A model generated the notes under the pieces. It saw nothing but the letters and a program-made list of their open reading frames with translations. It did not search any database and was not told the DNA's origin. 64,000 bases of DNA from Perkinsus chesapeaki ATCC PRA-425 (taxonomy: Eukaryota > Protista > Perkinsozoa): NCBI GenBank assembly GCA_013115145.1, contig JAAPAO010000115.1:1-64000 (forward strand). Direction: 5' to 3'. Both the position numbers and the translations under genes were made by a program. Of this stretch, positions 33,176 to 46,230 are shown in pieces. The first letter of the stretch is position 1. Each line of letters begins with the position of its first letter.

Positions 33176-36100
33176 CTATGCCGCCGCACTGTGAGACTTC
33201 GACTTTGAAGATTCATAATCTTGTTTATACATTTTAAGAGTCTTGTCACACTCACCAGTAATGAGCCTCTCACCGGACCTGTGGACGATGAGGATATGCG
33301 CATGCGTGCAACTACTTACTTATCAAATGCTAACGCATAGATACTTCGTTCGCTGCTCATACTGCCTGGTTGAGGTGGAGTGTTGATGTCCTGGAATATC
33401 TGCCCTGATGCCCAATCCCAGAATAATAAATGTCCAGCATCTGTACCAGCCACCATCACCGGTGAATCCTAAAAGGATAAATAATACCGTTTGCTACCTC
33501 CGACACCATCTGGGAGTCACAGAGGAACATCACCATCAGGTGCTTTTCAAAGCGAACAACACCGCAGTGTTTGGGGCTTCCTTTTGGAACGTTGGAAAAA
33601 AATAATTCTAGAAAGATAGTTTTTGATTGTATATTGCCATTAGGACCACTTTTCGATGGAAACCGAGGAGCACAGTGAGGCTGCTGCTGCTGCTGCTGCT
33701 CAGCAGGTTGCCGGATTTAAGACCGCACTCCACGAGAATGATGATGATGATAAATATTGAATATTAAAGGACTTAAACGACTTGAAGCTAAATGTAAAAT
33801 ATTAATTTTATTATTTTATATTTTATCTATCACTTTCACTTCAGAAGTTGTATAGGAATCAGAAAAGGAACATTCATAACTACTCCCAAAAAACAACAGC
33901 AAATTTCAAGCTTCTATTTTAGTAATGTATTTTCGATCCAGATTCGTATTCCATCTCAACACTGAAAATGCTCATCGACTTTCAAGCAGCATCAGCGGCA
34001 GCACATAAGGCTGAAAGATATGTCTGTTAAGAATCCACTACATAGAGTCACTCCGATAGGATTGGTACTCATTGCACCCGTGTCCAGCCCGGACAGCCTC
34101 ATCACTGATTCATTCCAGCCCCGCTCCTCTGGTAGGAATATCTTTCAACCTTTTGCAACTAACTATTTTTTAATCAGTTTAAAATGCGGAGGGTTGTGGG
34201 TAAAATCGCTGCTGTGGGAAATTGTGCGAAATTTTCCTTTTTCTTCTTATCGGCTGTGACATATATTCAACAACCACTTCAGCCTCCTTCTTCTTCTTCT
34301 TCTCATCACACTTACCCCTTCATCTCTTATTTGTAAACAATGCATAACTGTTCCTGGAATATTATGATCGATATTACGTTCAAATACACCATCAGGTGAC
34401 CTCCATACTTTAATCTGAAAGATATTTTACGAGGTCGATTAGATGCTCTCGTAAAAGCTACATGATCCGCGGCAGCTGAAGCGAACAATGGTAATCTTGG
34501 ATGGACAGCAAGAGCTCGAACTCCCTTCTTGTGATGAGTTAAGGTGGCTGAGGGAAGATACGGTAACAAATTAATCGCACTATGAAGATTCTAATCTTTA
34601 ATGTGTGCACCCGTGCAATTCGTGCATGAATACCTAATCAACCTAATCCTAAAACATATGACTGCATGAAGGATAATATTTTGCAATATCAAACTGAGTC
34701 AAATCGAATTTCAGACGCGAGTGGAATTCTGAGATTGCGACCAAACGGTATGGATTCTGCTAACTAGATACACAGAAAGTGAAAAGCGGAAAACCGGAAA
34801 ATAGGTTTAACCGAATCTCCTGGGAGTTGGCCCATTACACCGGCAATAATCGCTAATATTCCCGAAACGTGAACCAATGGACTGATCCATATTCCTAATG
34901 AAGGTATTATAAAATCCTTACTTCTGCATTTTCCAGCTTTCAAATCCCAAAGTCTAACAGTTGAATCCATCGAACCAGATATTGTTTGCGGCTCCATCTG
35001 TTGGGATGCCAGACAATTGACTGTACTTGTATGCCCACCGAGGACATGTATAGCGTGCTTTGTTCTAATATCCCATACCCTAAATACAATAAATAATAAT
35101 ACACAATTATACAAGGAGGAGATGGCGGCGGAAGGCAGAAAATATGCTGTGATGGGGTGATTGGATTAATGTGGACGATATAATATGCCTTATCAATGAG
35201 TTAGTAATTACGGCGGACGATTTATTTTTCTATTCCCTCTGGTAGAGGTTTCCTATAAGCGTCGAGAAAAGAAGGTAAATTAGGAATTTGTATTTTATAT
35301 TATTTTTTGGAAGATTTGCAAAGTAGCCTAGCTACCTGACTGTTGCATCTCTACTCCCTGTAAAAAGAACATCCAATGTTGGATGGGTCTCCATACAATA
35401 GACACCACTTAGATGACCATGATAATTCCGAACAACCTAAAATGATGATCAAGATATCTGACTCGAGTTGATTGCTGCTATGTACTTACAGTATTCATTT
35501 CTAAATCCCAACACTTTACTTGATTATCTTCACCACAGCTGAAAAGATACTTTAATCTTGGATGTAATTTAAGTCCTCTTATATTATGTATATGACCAGT
35601 TAAAGTCAGTTTTAATGCGCCTAAACCAAGATTTGAACCATAGCCGTCAGGAAGAGAAACAATGCCATTAACTACTAGGCCAGTATTACCGGTAGCCAAA
35701 TCCCATACTTTAATCATTTTATCATTACCACCACTTACAAAGAACTCATTACTTGGATCAACATCAAGTGCACGAACCCATCCCTGAACATGAATTTATA
35801 AGATAATCGAATATATAGAGACCGTAACTAATCCAGTCCAACACGCCGACAAGAAGATTCACAGTTTTCCGAAGGTCGAAGTTCTCGACAACTATTTCAT
35901 TAACAATGATGAGACAATCTTCCATTTGAATAGTAGTTCGACCTCAACCATCAACGACTACTTTTCAATGCATTATGGACGATGTCGAGCAGAAGAAAGA
36001 CGTGGCGTTGGGGTCCTGAGTCAGGCAGGACGACCAACGGACCAACGCCACTACGGAGCCAGCTCGGTGTGGCGCAAAGGCCGAATACCGCCATAATGGC

Positions 36101-38749
36101 GTTCGGCAAGGCCACCCAAACAAACAAACCTACGTCTACGGCAGAGACGAGGCCATTGCGTAGTTTGCCCAAACTTGACGTTCGTTTGAATAAGCCCTCT
36201 AGATGGTCCATTAGATAATGCATCCACCAATACTGGCACCACACCCCTTGACGACTATTCTATTTCACAGTCCACGTAGTAGTTTTACAGTAGTTTCCTC
36301 GAACACGCTACTCCAACGTTGTATATCATCCAATACACCACACTGGGCTTCCCGGGCCATCCGGATAGCAGCTGTTACGCCATTGTCGGTACTACGAAAT
36401 CGATCAGATTCTCCCGTCTCGATGAACCAATTAGGTCCAGTCTACTTTAGTGGAAAGGCTTACTAGGAATCGATAATAGTATAATTGAGAGCTCAGAGTT
36501 ATATCGATAAACATCATTCATGCTCATCCATTTCTTCATCGGCTTCACCTTGATCAGTCATGTATTGACAAGTGATAGGAAACCTGGTGAGCCGGGTCGT
36601 AGAGGGCCTTACCTAGCTCTACCAGTTTTGAGTGGCAGTTTGCCCAACGGGAGATACAAGGCGACCAAAGGAAATAACGTTGCAGTGTGCCATGGACTGG
36701 CAAATCTTTCAGACTTTGTGATGGATGTTACTGCCGCGAATGGTGCACAGGTAGCTAATATAACAGCTACAGTTGAAGGAAAGGAAGTACATACAAAGGG
36801 GACAATTCCCCTCATGTGGCATTCCGAGAGAGGAATAAACAAACTTGGAGAGCACTGTGTTGACAGACCCAATAAGTGCTTTGGTTTTGGTACTCGTTCC
36901 GATGATGTCCACGGTTATCCTACTGTTGGTGGGGTGTTTATGAAGGATTTGATCTCGAGTCTCGACATAGACGGAAGCCGCGTGGCTCTTAGGGACATTA
37001 TATTCTGCAAAAGCAAACAAGACGTAGTTGCTGGACTTTAACCTCAGAGAAAAAAGCGTCATATTTTCGGTGCTCGTTACGGTTTCAAAATGGTGACCTC
37101 CACGGAAAGAACCGACTCTTATGTAGAGTCGAAGCCTACTGTAGCAACTGACACCGAAACCCATGCTGGATCATCGAGTGGAGGCAACTTCAGGAAGAGA
37201 CTATTATCAATCGAAGCGCCGTCATCTTCCAAGAAAAGTTCGTCTCAACTGAAGCCCATTGAGGAGGACTCGAATGACTTCTTATGTGACGAGGCTTTGG
37301 GTTATGAACCAAAATGGTTCGATGCGGATGAAAGTGACATTGGATATTCTGTGATGAATATGGATGAACCGCATGGACATGAACGTATCCTCAATTCCAA
37401 TGACCTTTGAAATCTTCTTAGTAGCCTTGGAATGGTTGCTTGAGATTTTGGGGGACTTTAGGTTTAAAAGGTGTAATTATTCATTTACAATATATATCAT
37501 CATGTGTTGTTGATGTATTTATAAAGGGAACCATTACTTGTGTTGTTGTTGCAGTAACAGCTCATTACAACAATAAGCATTTAATAACTAATGGGAATAT
37601 TAGTTATCCATAAGGTTGAAAGGGAAGGGAGAACAGTGTTCCCGCCTCACTAGTAGTATTATCTCATTAAGTGTTGAACATATATAAATAGCTTACAATC
37701 CACGATAGGGCCATTGTGTACCCCCATTATGACTCCTTGGCACCTTGGAGGTATAATCATACAACAGGTAACTAACCCGTCAATGTTGCGTCACAGAGGA
37801 GAAGTCTCAACAAGCAACGAACACGAGCCAATTAGTCGAACCAGGATCTCGCAATTGTGTGTCGACTCTGTGTCAAACGGCGGCCTACAATAAGACGCGA
37901 TTTCCCGTCACGCAAGTGCCGTCGTAGATTACCTAGCCAGACCTTAGGCCTGGCTAAGACTTCAAGGCAGCCGCATCCAGATGATTGTATACCAACTACA
38001 CTGCTATGCAAACTTGTGGAGCAGCTGGTCTCCGGCGGAACTCGTAGAGGTCCGCCAAATGCCCCCCACAATTAACACAGCTTTTTGAAATATTTCCCAT
38101 CTTACTATCATACATCCTGCGCAAGTTCATTCGCCGGATCCCTAAGTTATCTATCGACAACACTCCAATGATGGCTGCTGCCTCCCCCCCCCTCCAAGTC
38201 CCTTCTATTATGACCTGATGTCCCTGTATAACCCTATACAGCTTCCAATCCGGATGCCATTGCTGCTTTGGCCTGTGCCTTCCTATATTCTCATTGATCG
38301 CCAAAATGCCCTTTGCTGCCGTTCCAGCCGTTCTAGCCACCAATCTGCTTTCACCAGGTAATCTATTAACACCTACAAATGACAACAGTGCCACTTAAAC
38401 TCACTTCCTCAACACACCAACCTTGGTGAGCCACCAAAGCAGTACTGGTCTTCTCGGGAGCACCACTTGATTGACCAGCAGCGGCCGCACCGGCAGTCGG
38501 CAGATTCAATACACTCATTTTCTGCCCCATTTTCGTGACGGTCAAATCGACATTGCCGAAATTGTCCTCGAAAATTCTCCTAGATTTAGCCTCCCTAATT
38601 TCCGGTGGGGAAGTGACATGATGTGGGTATATATCCTGTGCTTCAGGGCCCGGATGCCAAAGCTCCAAAGTACGCTTTTGGTTAAGTCTAACAATATCAT
38701 TGAACTTAACTTGCTCTGTAGAAGACGACGACGATGCTGCTGTGGCCAT
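33176..38749 (-). CDS. PLRG1: Pleiotropic regulator 1 (PLRG1/PRL1/Prp46), WD40 spliceosomal NTC protein, multi-exon
   Basis: [20 protein letters not shown]|[31 protein letters not shown]; [14 protein letters not shown]; [15 protein letters not shown]; C-terminal [17 protein letters not shown]. Confidence 0.92.
36520..37410 (+). CDS. Secreted hypothetical protein nested antisense in the large PLRG1 intron (173 aa, or longer if TAA 37039-37041 is bypassed)
   Basis: Signal peptide, LPNGRY motif; ORF 37090..37410 is in the same frame, separated only by one TAA. Confidence 0.65.
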
Positions 38750-40041
38750 GGTGGTAGTCAAGTAATATCAAACTTGAGAGGGATGAAGAATTGATACACA
38801 GTGAGTCGCCTTGGAATTTGATAATATATAAGCATGCTTGCAAGGTGATTTAGCAGTTTTAGATTGGGCAATATTCTTGTTTGAACAGTACCGGCGATTT
38901 CATGTACTGACGTATCTGTGTATTACTAATCATGACAACCACCTAATCATAGTAAAGGGTTTAAACTGTTGTAAGGGCAGAGATACGTAAGTGTTAAGCG
39001 GGGTAAAACATTAATGAACATCTAAGACCTATTTAATCGTCCATTATTAATTTCATAAAAAGGATATTAATTATTACCGCATCGCCGCCTCCGCCGTAAA
39101 CCAGAAAATGCTATATATGAAAACATAGTAGGAAAGATAGATTATGTTGTCGGATTCCCCAACGTCCGATACTACCTATACTTTATAAAATACAATACCA
39201 ACAACATCCCTCATTATAGAATCAAGCTATAACTACTGGTGCTGCCGGCCAATATATGGCCGTATAAGCCCAGCTTGGTATTGTCCGATAAGCGCCGCCG
39301 CCGCCCAGCAGACCAATCGACACAAGGCTCTTATTATCTAGGTCGAAAAATACTGCTACGATATCTTTTATATTTCGAAAAGCACGCTTGAAGCTCCTAT
39401 TGTCTCGCCTATTCAACAATTGCGCATTATCTTTGGAGTTGACTACATCAATACAAGAATACATAACACAAAGCTGTTTATGAGAAAACCGACATGAACG
39501 AAGTTTATTTAACAAATCATCGGCGACTTGGGACCTTCTGAACACAACAATGAATAACAACCGAGAACAACTTTACTCGACATGAACCTCCTCCACGGCA
39601 TCCAGAGAACCATAAGTTGATTTAATAATGATGATCCGAATGAATATTCTAACTTGATCTTTCCTGCACACTGCTGTGATGTCCGCCCATCTTCTTTAAA
39701 CTGACCAATCATCTGCAACTGCGAGACCTATCCATTATAAATATAGACAAGCCATCCATTATGTATCATAACCTACTCACAATAAGACTGGCCACCGTCT
39801 ACAACTACCCTAGTAAAACTAATCAGGATATCCCTGGGATACAGGATGGGGATATCAATTCAGACCACGACAAGATCTTTCCATCAATCCGACCAAAAAG
39901 TGATAACCCTTGGATCCTATAATAGGAAAAAACAAAACCATCATTAGATTGATTAATAAACAAAAGACTAAATCAGATACCGCACCTCCAGAAAGTTTAC
40001 CGCCATTTAACGAGTGAAATCTCATCGTTGGTTCACCACAA

Positions 40042-41199
40042 TTAAGCTTGAGTGGCCTCAGCCTCACGACCGTAGTACTTCCTCTTCTCGTCAGCAGTCT
40101 GGAATCTACCATGACCGTACTTGGAGGAAGTATCGATGAACTTAAGGTCGACCTTCTCCAAAGCGTTACGGCTGGTCTGGGCAAGCAAGCTCTTACGCAA
40201 AGTGATGACACGCTTCTTGGGGCCGGTGACGGTACCCTTGAGCATGATCCAGTCCTCGTTGATCTCACCGTAGTGGGGGAAGCCACCCATGGGAGTGATG
40301 GCCTTCTGGGTTAGATCGTTGGAGCCCATGGCACTGTTGGGGTCGTCACGAAGAGCCTTGCCGATACGGTAGATCTTCTTGTTGATCTCAACACGGTGAT
40401 GATAACCCATCTGACCAGCGCGAGGGACCTGGAACTGAACACGGGCTGGATGCCAGGCACCTATACAGGCAACCTTACGGAGACCACGATGGGTCTTACG
40501 AGCAAGACGAGTAACGCCCCATCGAGTGGTGACACTAGTGTTACCGTGACCCTTGGTCACACCGATGACATCGACCATCTCATCCTTGTCGAAGACAGAG
40601 GAGATCGGGACCTCCTTCTCGAAGAGAGACTGGCAGAAGTCGACCTTATCAGAGACAGAGCCACCGTTGACCTGGACCTCGACGATGTGAGCCTTCTTCT
40701 GGGTGAGCTTCACCTTGCTGACCTGGGTGTGCATTATGGCACGGACAACCTGGCAGTACTTCTTGCATCGCTGAACCTCAGCATCATGATCCTTCTCCTG
40801 GTACTTGGTGAAGGCCTTCTTCTTCGAGTGATACCAGTTCTTATAGAAGCGTCTTCGGACCTCATCAGAGAGATGCTTGGCCCAGACGGTGGTGAGAGCT
40901 CTCAAACCATTAGGGGTCTCAACGTAGCCGACGAAACCAACGCAAACCATCGGGGGAGCTTCCAACACAGTGACAGCCTCGACAACCTCCTTTCTATGGA
41001 GCTTAGAACCCGGCTTATCGACATCACGAACGATATGGGTCATGCCGGCCTTGTAACCCATGAATGCTGTCAAATGGCAGGGCTTGGATTGGTCATCCTT
41101 GGGGAATGACTTTACCTTACCCTTATGATGACGGGTACGCTTGCGGGGCAAGAAACCCAATGAACCGTGACGGGGGACCTCAAACTTCCTATGAGACAT
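40042..41199 (-). CDS. RPL3: 60S ribosomal protein L3 (uL3), intronless
   Basis: [21 protein letters not shown]...[13 protein letters not shown]...[16 protein letters not shown]; full length, strong codon bias. Confidence 0.99.
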   Translation of the reverse strand: MSHRKFEVPRHGSLGFLPRKRTRHHKGKVKSFPKDDQSKPCHLTAFMGYKAGMTHIVRDVDKPGSKLHRKEVVEAVTVLEAPPMVCVGFVGYVETPNGLRALTTVWAKHLSDEVRRRFYKNWYHSKKKAFTKYQEKDHDAEVQRCKKYCQVVRAIMHTQVSKVKLTQKKAHIVEVQVNGGSVSDKVDFCQSLFEKEVPISSVFDKDEMVDVIGVTKGHGNTSVTTRWGVTRLARKTHRGLRKVACIGAWHPARVQFQVPRAGQMGYHHRVEINKKIYRIGKALRDDPNSAMGSNDLTQKAITPMGGFPHYGEINEDWIMLKGTVTGPKKRVITLRKSLLAQTSRNALEKVDLKFIDTSSKYGHGRFQTADEKRKYYGREAEATQA

Positions 41200-41505
41200 C
41201 TTAAGAAGGCGGTATAGGACGGTGCCTTGGTAAAAGGTTCAAAAGGAGCTGCGACAAGTTGATCGATTTCAGCCAATTAGCTACACTCGAGTTCGATCCC
41301 GGCATGTGATGAAGATTACCGCGCGCCACAAAAATACGCGCGCGCCCGAGACTCTGCAACTTTCCATTGTTGGCCCTGCCGTGACCGAATACTCTGCTCT
41401 GTGTTATGGACGTGGTATCTGGCATTAGACAGGGAATATTAATATCCAGTCAACCTCAGAGGTTAATCCCAGTCTGCTCTCTTAGGTCATTACCCTTTTA
41501 TTGTA

Positions 41506-44500
41506 ATGGCATTGATAGCATATCATGGACATATCCGTACCATTATAAGGGGGGCTATTAGAGGGTTCTGTAATGAAGGAAATGTCGGTATGAACCATTT
41601 ACCGAAGGATAGGAAAAATATGAAACCAAAGGAGATGGTCGACTATTTGGACCGGTAATAATAAGGGATATAAAACAACAGCCAAGGTTGGCTTGTTGCC
41701 AATTAAGAAGTTTTGTCCGATTATTATTGAATCCTCATCACCGTCATCCTTTACCATGTCTTTCGGAGCTTCGGACTAGTCCAGCCATTATCAATTGATT
41801 ACTCTTCATTACATCTCTGGCGAACTTGGGCAGCATTCACTGAAGACACTTTCCCACGTTCGTTGCCGAGGGGAGGGAATCATTCGAGCTTCCAGTGGAA
41901 AAGTATTTCATTTTTTTCACTAAAACATATTAACTATCAAACGTCCGTATCACCACTAGTATTCGAGGGACACATCCCTTGTGCATGAATCAACCTTAGA
42001 TACGTTATTGGTCAAGCTGACGCCAAAAGGGCGGTCGCGAATGCATTGCGAAACAGGTGGAGGAGGCAACAGTTGGATGAAGAGCTTCGGGCTGAGATAA
42101 TGCCGAGGAACATGTTAATGGTAATAATACAGGCAGGAGCTGATCAAGGATATAATAGTAAATGCTTTCATCGATCTGATAATATTAGATTGTTATTATT
42201 CAATCTCTTTAACGTAGATCACCCATTGATGATCTTCAATCATGTCTATCCTAATAATAGTGTGAATACCAAACTGAGTGTGTTATCGTCGCTATGTTTC
42301 CTGATTATATAGGAAGTTATCTTGGTTCAAAATCTCCAGGGCTTCCTAGAGGTCAGTGAGCTTTGCTGGCCGCCGCAAGATATTAAGGAAGGATACGATA
42401 CCAGCTCACTGGGGGAGCAGCCTAGGAAAACAACGAACCGTTCATGGTGGAGGGAAAATTGGGCCGAAAATGGCCTTATCAGGAGGCAATCAGGCCCTCA
42501 AAAAGTATGTTCGGTCAACATCTCCGTCGAGTGCAAAAATGAAGCGATTGTGAATGATGCTGCTGCGGTGATGCTGTATGGTACTATTCTCTTACACTCT
42601 AAGACGTTATTGCTGGGTTTTATATGACTTGTTCAATGGGTCTGGTTCAGGTGGGGCCGACAGGAGTCGGAAAAACGGAGATCGCGAGGAGGTTAGCGAA
42701 GCTTGTTGATGCTCCTTTCATAAAGGTGAGAACCAATTCTAGCGCGCCAGGAAATTATGAGTGAAATAGGTGGAAGCGACAAAGTTTACGGAGGTTGGAT
42801 TTCATGGACGGGATGTTGATTCAATAATCAGAGATTTATTGGAGATGGCTATGACTCGCCAGAGGTACTAAACTTGACCTAATTTGTATCTTTCCCGCTT
42901 CAAAGTAAGATATCATTTTCTTAGATCACGACTAGAGGACGAATTGAGACCGAAGGCTACAGAAGCAGCTGAGGAGCAGATATTGAATGCATTAATTGGT
43001 ATAACTTTTGGGGAATAATATCGATCGCGTGATCGATTTGGTCTCAGGTCCCATGTCCGCTCAGTCAGATAAGGAGACATGGCTTGCTCATTTGCGAGCT
43101 AAGCTTTTGGATGATCGGTAGTAATAATAATGATAGAGTGCTGTATGGATTGAATTATAAAGTTACACTCAGAAGAATAGCACTTTCTATCTCAAGAATT
43201 TCGTATTTCGAAAATGACTATATAAACTGAGAATTCCTACGAACTAAGTTATAAGTGAAATACAGTTCCTTTCTTGTCGAGATATAAAGTGTAAGCCTTC
43301 GGTGGTGTTCGGATATTATTCATATCACCAAAGACTATATTTGTTTTAATGGTCTTTAACAGACATGAATACTTTATTAAAGATAATTGTATTATCAGGC
43401 AAATAAAAGTTGAAGTGCCAGTGTCTGATAATGACCTTTATCCTGAGTGGGTAGGCGGAGGGTCAGATTCGAGGAAACCACCGCAAATAAGAGTTATACA
43501 GGTAGTGGCTAGAGGTGTCAGGAAACTGCTTGAGTGTCTCTAAGATGATTGCATAAATGCGAAGCGGTGACATTCCTTTATATCGGTCTTAGAAACTATT
43601 AGTCGCTGCTTCACTTTAAGAAGTAGCAAGTTGTTCCTAACATTGACAATTGATGGGCGAATTAAGTGGCATTAATTATTTGTTAATTATTGCCAATAAT
43701 ATTACCTTAAGTATTACCATCATCACCATCTCTCTTCATCGAGGTGCCCGTCGCCGGTGGAGGATCAAATCGTCAAATGGAAAAGAGAACAATGACAGTA
43801 GCTGAAGCTCGACAGAAATTAGTGCAGGTGAGATCAATTTCGTGGCGCGTGACCCATGAGGTGATAGTAGCAGTTCATCTAGGTACACTTGGATAGGATG
43901 ATTGATTCTGATATGATTTTGGCGTCGGCGATTCGATCGACGGAACAAGAAGGAATTGTTTTTGTGGATGAAATTGATAAAATTTGCAATTCGTCCAAGT
44001 GGGCTAATTTCGTGGCGCGTGAGAAAAGAGGTCTTATGGCAGGGGATTTTACCATGGAAGCGATGCCTCATCCGAAGGAGTACAACGAGATTTGCTGCCG
44101 ATCCTCGAGGGTTCTGATGTTAGCACAAAGTAAGGCGGAGCGAAGCGATTCACGAATACCGATTTTGTTAGGCACGGCAATGTTAATACCGATCATATAT
44201 TATTTATATGCTCCGGAGCATTTCATTCTGTAAAGCCTGGCGACATGCTGGCCGAACTTCAGGTAGGTAAAGATACTCAATGCGGACTCATAGGAAGGAT
44301 AATTCTCTAGAGTTCTATCCTCATAAAACTGCTCGACTTTTTATAGTATTTCGGACGACATATTTTTCCGACAGCGTCACGTACACCGGAGCTTCGATTG
44401 TTCTAGCTTCTGTATCTTCTCGAGTGATTGTTGTCAATTTAAGAAATAATGATAGTCATAATGATATTATTATAATATTGAATATTAGTAATCTTTGGTT

Positions 44501-45060
44501 TTCTTTAGGGTCGACTGCCGGTAAGGGTTACTCTGAGCGCATTGACCGAGCATGACTTCGTAAGAATCCTCACCGAACCGCATCACAATCTCATAGAGCA
44601 GCATAAAGTAAGACAGCCTCTTGGTCTTTGGGGGGGCCGGGGGGCTAGTGTCGTCGTTCAGGCGCTCCTCAAGACGGAAGGAATCACATTGGAATTTCCC
44701 GAGGACGGTATTAAAGTAAGATGCGTTGATTGTCGACCCGTGGCGGAATTGGCGGCCCTCCAGGAGATCGCGAGGATCGCATTCGACTTGAACACTCATG
44801 TTGAGAACATTGGGGCGAGGAGGCTTCATACGGTGATGGAGAAGATTATGGAGGAAGTTTCGTAAGGAGTGATTGGTGTGGTGGTTATGTCGCTCTGCTC
44901 CTCTGCTGATGGGCGTGGGTTCTATCCCTTGTTTCGTCTTTTCAGATTTGACGCTCCGACGATGGGAGAAGGAACCACGGTTACTGTCGACGCTGATATG
45001 GTGCGGTCGAAACTGAAACCATTATTGAGTAAAGGCGATTTGCATAAGTTCATTTTATGA
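41506..45060 (+). CDS. hslU: HslU (ClpY) ATPase subunit of the HslVU protease, probably mitochondrial, multi-exon
   Basis: [12 protein letters not shown]|[22 protein letters not shown]; GPTGVGKT (Walker A); [10 protein letters not shown] (Walker B); EGVQRDLLP; [13 protein letters not shown]; Arg-containing N-terminal extension from ATG 41506; GT-AG introns. Confidence 0.95.
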
Positions 45061-45794
45061 TGATAATTATGTTCAATTTGTCATGTTTCTGCCGATATGT
45101 ATGATGGCACTCGAGTTTCAAAAAGTACCACCGCACGCGAACAGCATCATGAACCAGTCAACAGTGTTCTTGTGTAATGCTTTTCACTGTACAACATATA
45201 GTAGGCTTCTAGGAAAGCATACAATGAGAACAGTTGCCAACGAATGAGTGCGATAGACGAGAGCGCGAGGTGACATGTCTTGGTGACTACATTAGACAGT
45301 GGCGCGCAGACAATACTGATTCTTACCGATAAATATGCAGCATAAATGGTACACCATGCGATTGTAATATTGCCACTGGGAATTCTCCAGGGCATCACAC
45401 TTCGAGACTCTCTTCAGCTTGTTCTCCTTGCCTTTGAACTTGCAAGGGCGGTAGACAACACATGAAAATTATGCTCACGGTGACGGTCACAGTCGCAAGG
45501 TGACAGGCAGATCGAAGCCGTGAAAACTTGAAGGTTTCAAACATTACTCGCCAAAACCATCATTTCGCTCACCACTCTACAATTCGTCATCGCAGGAGTA
45601 TGTCAACTAAGCAGTATTCAGTTCAAGTCGCATCACGTGTTTCTCTTGTCTTGTGGATGCAATTGTGCACGCGTGCAAAATAGACCAGGAGACGAGGAGT
45701 AAAACCCGATGCACTGCACGACAAATATCCAAGTCACGAATGAGTTTATACGCTCCCCTACACCTTTGTATTCAGGCTCTGTATTATCCCGTGA

Positions 45795-45944
45795 ATGAAA
45801 AATATTATCCTACTATTCATCGTGAACTACATTCTGTCGGAGGTGGCATGCCATGATCCTGTGGCAATTCCCTGCAAGTACGACACTGACTGCCCTGATG
45901 AAGGGCAGACCTGTGTGTATGGATGGTGTCAGCCGATAAAGTGA
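45795..45944 (+). CDS. 49-aa secreted 4-Cys micropeptide (not in the ORF track)
   Basis: MKNIILLFIVNYILSEVACHDPVAIPCKYDTDCPDEGQTCVYGWCQPIK*; paralog at 48398. Confidence 0.75.
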   Translation: MKNIILLFIVNYILSEVACHDPVAIPCKYDTDCPDEGQTCVYGWCQPIK

Positions 45945-46110
45945 GATTATGTATTCCCAGTGGAATACATAGTCCTCCACATTCCCCACTATTATTGATG
46001 TCTATGGAACCAACTGCTTCTTCGGGGGTGAATTACCAGTAAGATATTTTAACTCCACCAACCAGTGGTAACTTACAGTATTGTAATATTCTGTGCTTCT
46101 GTGTAAGGCT

Positions 46111-46230
46111 GCTTTTTACGCCATTGGATATAGGCACTTTGTGTGCCACAGCTTTTTAAGCCATTAGATATAGGCACTTTGTGTGCCACAGCTTTTTAAG
46201 CCATTAGATATAGGCACTTTGTGTGCCACA
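46111..46230. repeat. Minisatellite, 3 x 40 bp
   Basis: Unit gctttttaagccattagatataggcactttgtgtgccaca; two identical copies and one with 2 substitutions; internal GGCAC/GTGCC inverted repeat. Confidence 0.97.

Noticed and set aside
39222-39560. IVAVFFDLDN, resembling HAD motif I
   Set aside because: The motif lies late in the ORF with no downstream HAD motifs and I could not build a consistent spliced model.
40396-41109. 237-aa plus-strand ORF
   Set aside because: Antisense shadow of the codon-biased RPL3 gene; no independent features.
41506-45060. HslU as bacterial contamination or recent HGT
   Set aside because: Many spliceosomal introns and a targeting-like extension; mitochondrial HslVU is established in alveolates.
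46111-46230. CRISPR-like array
   Set aside because: Units are contiguous with no unique spacers, there are no cas genes, and the context is eukaryotic.
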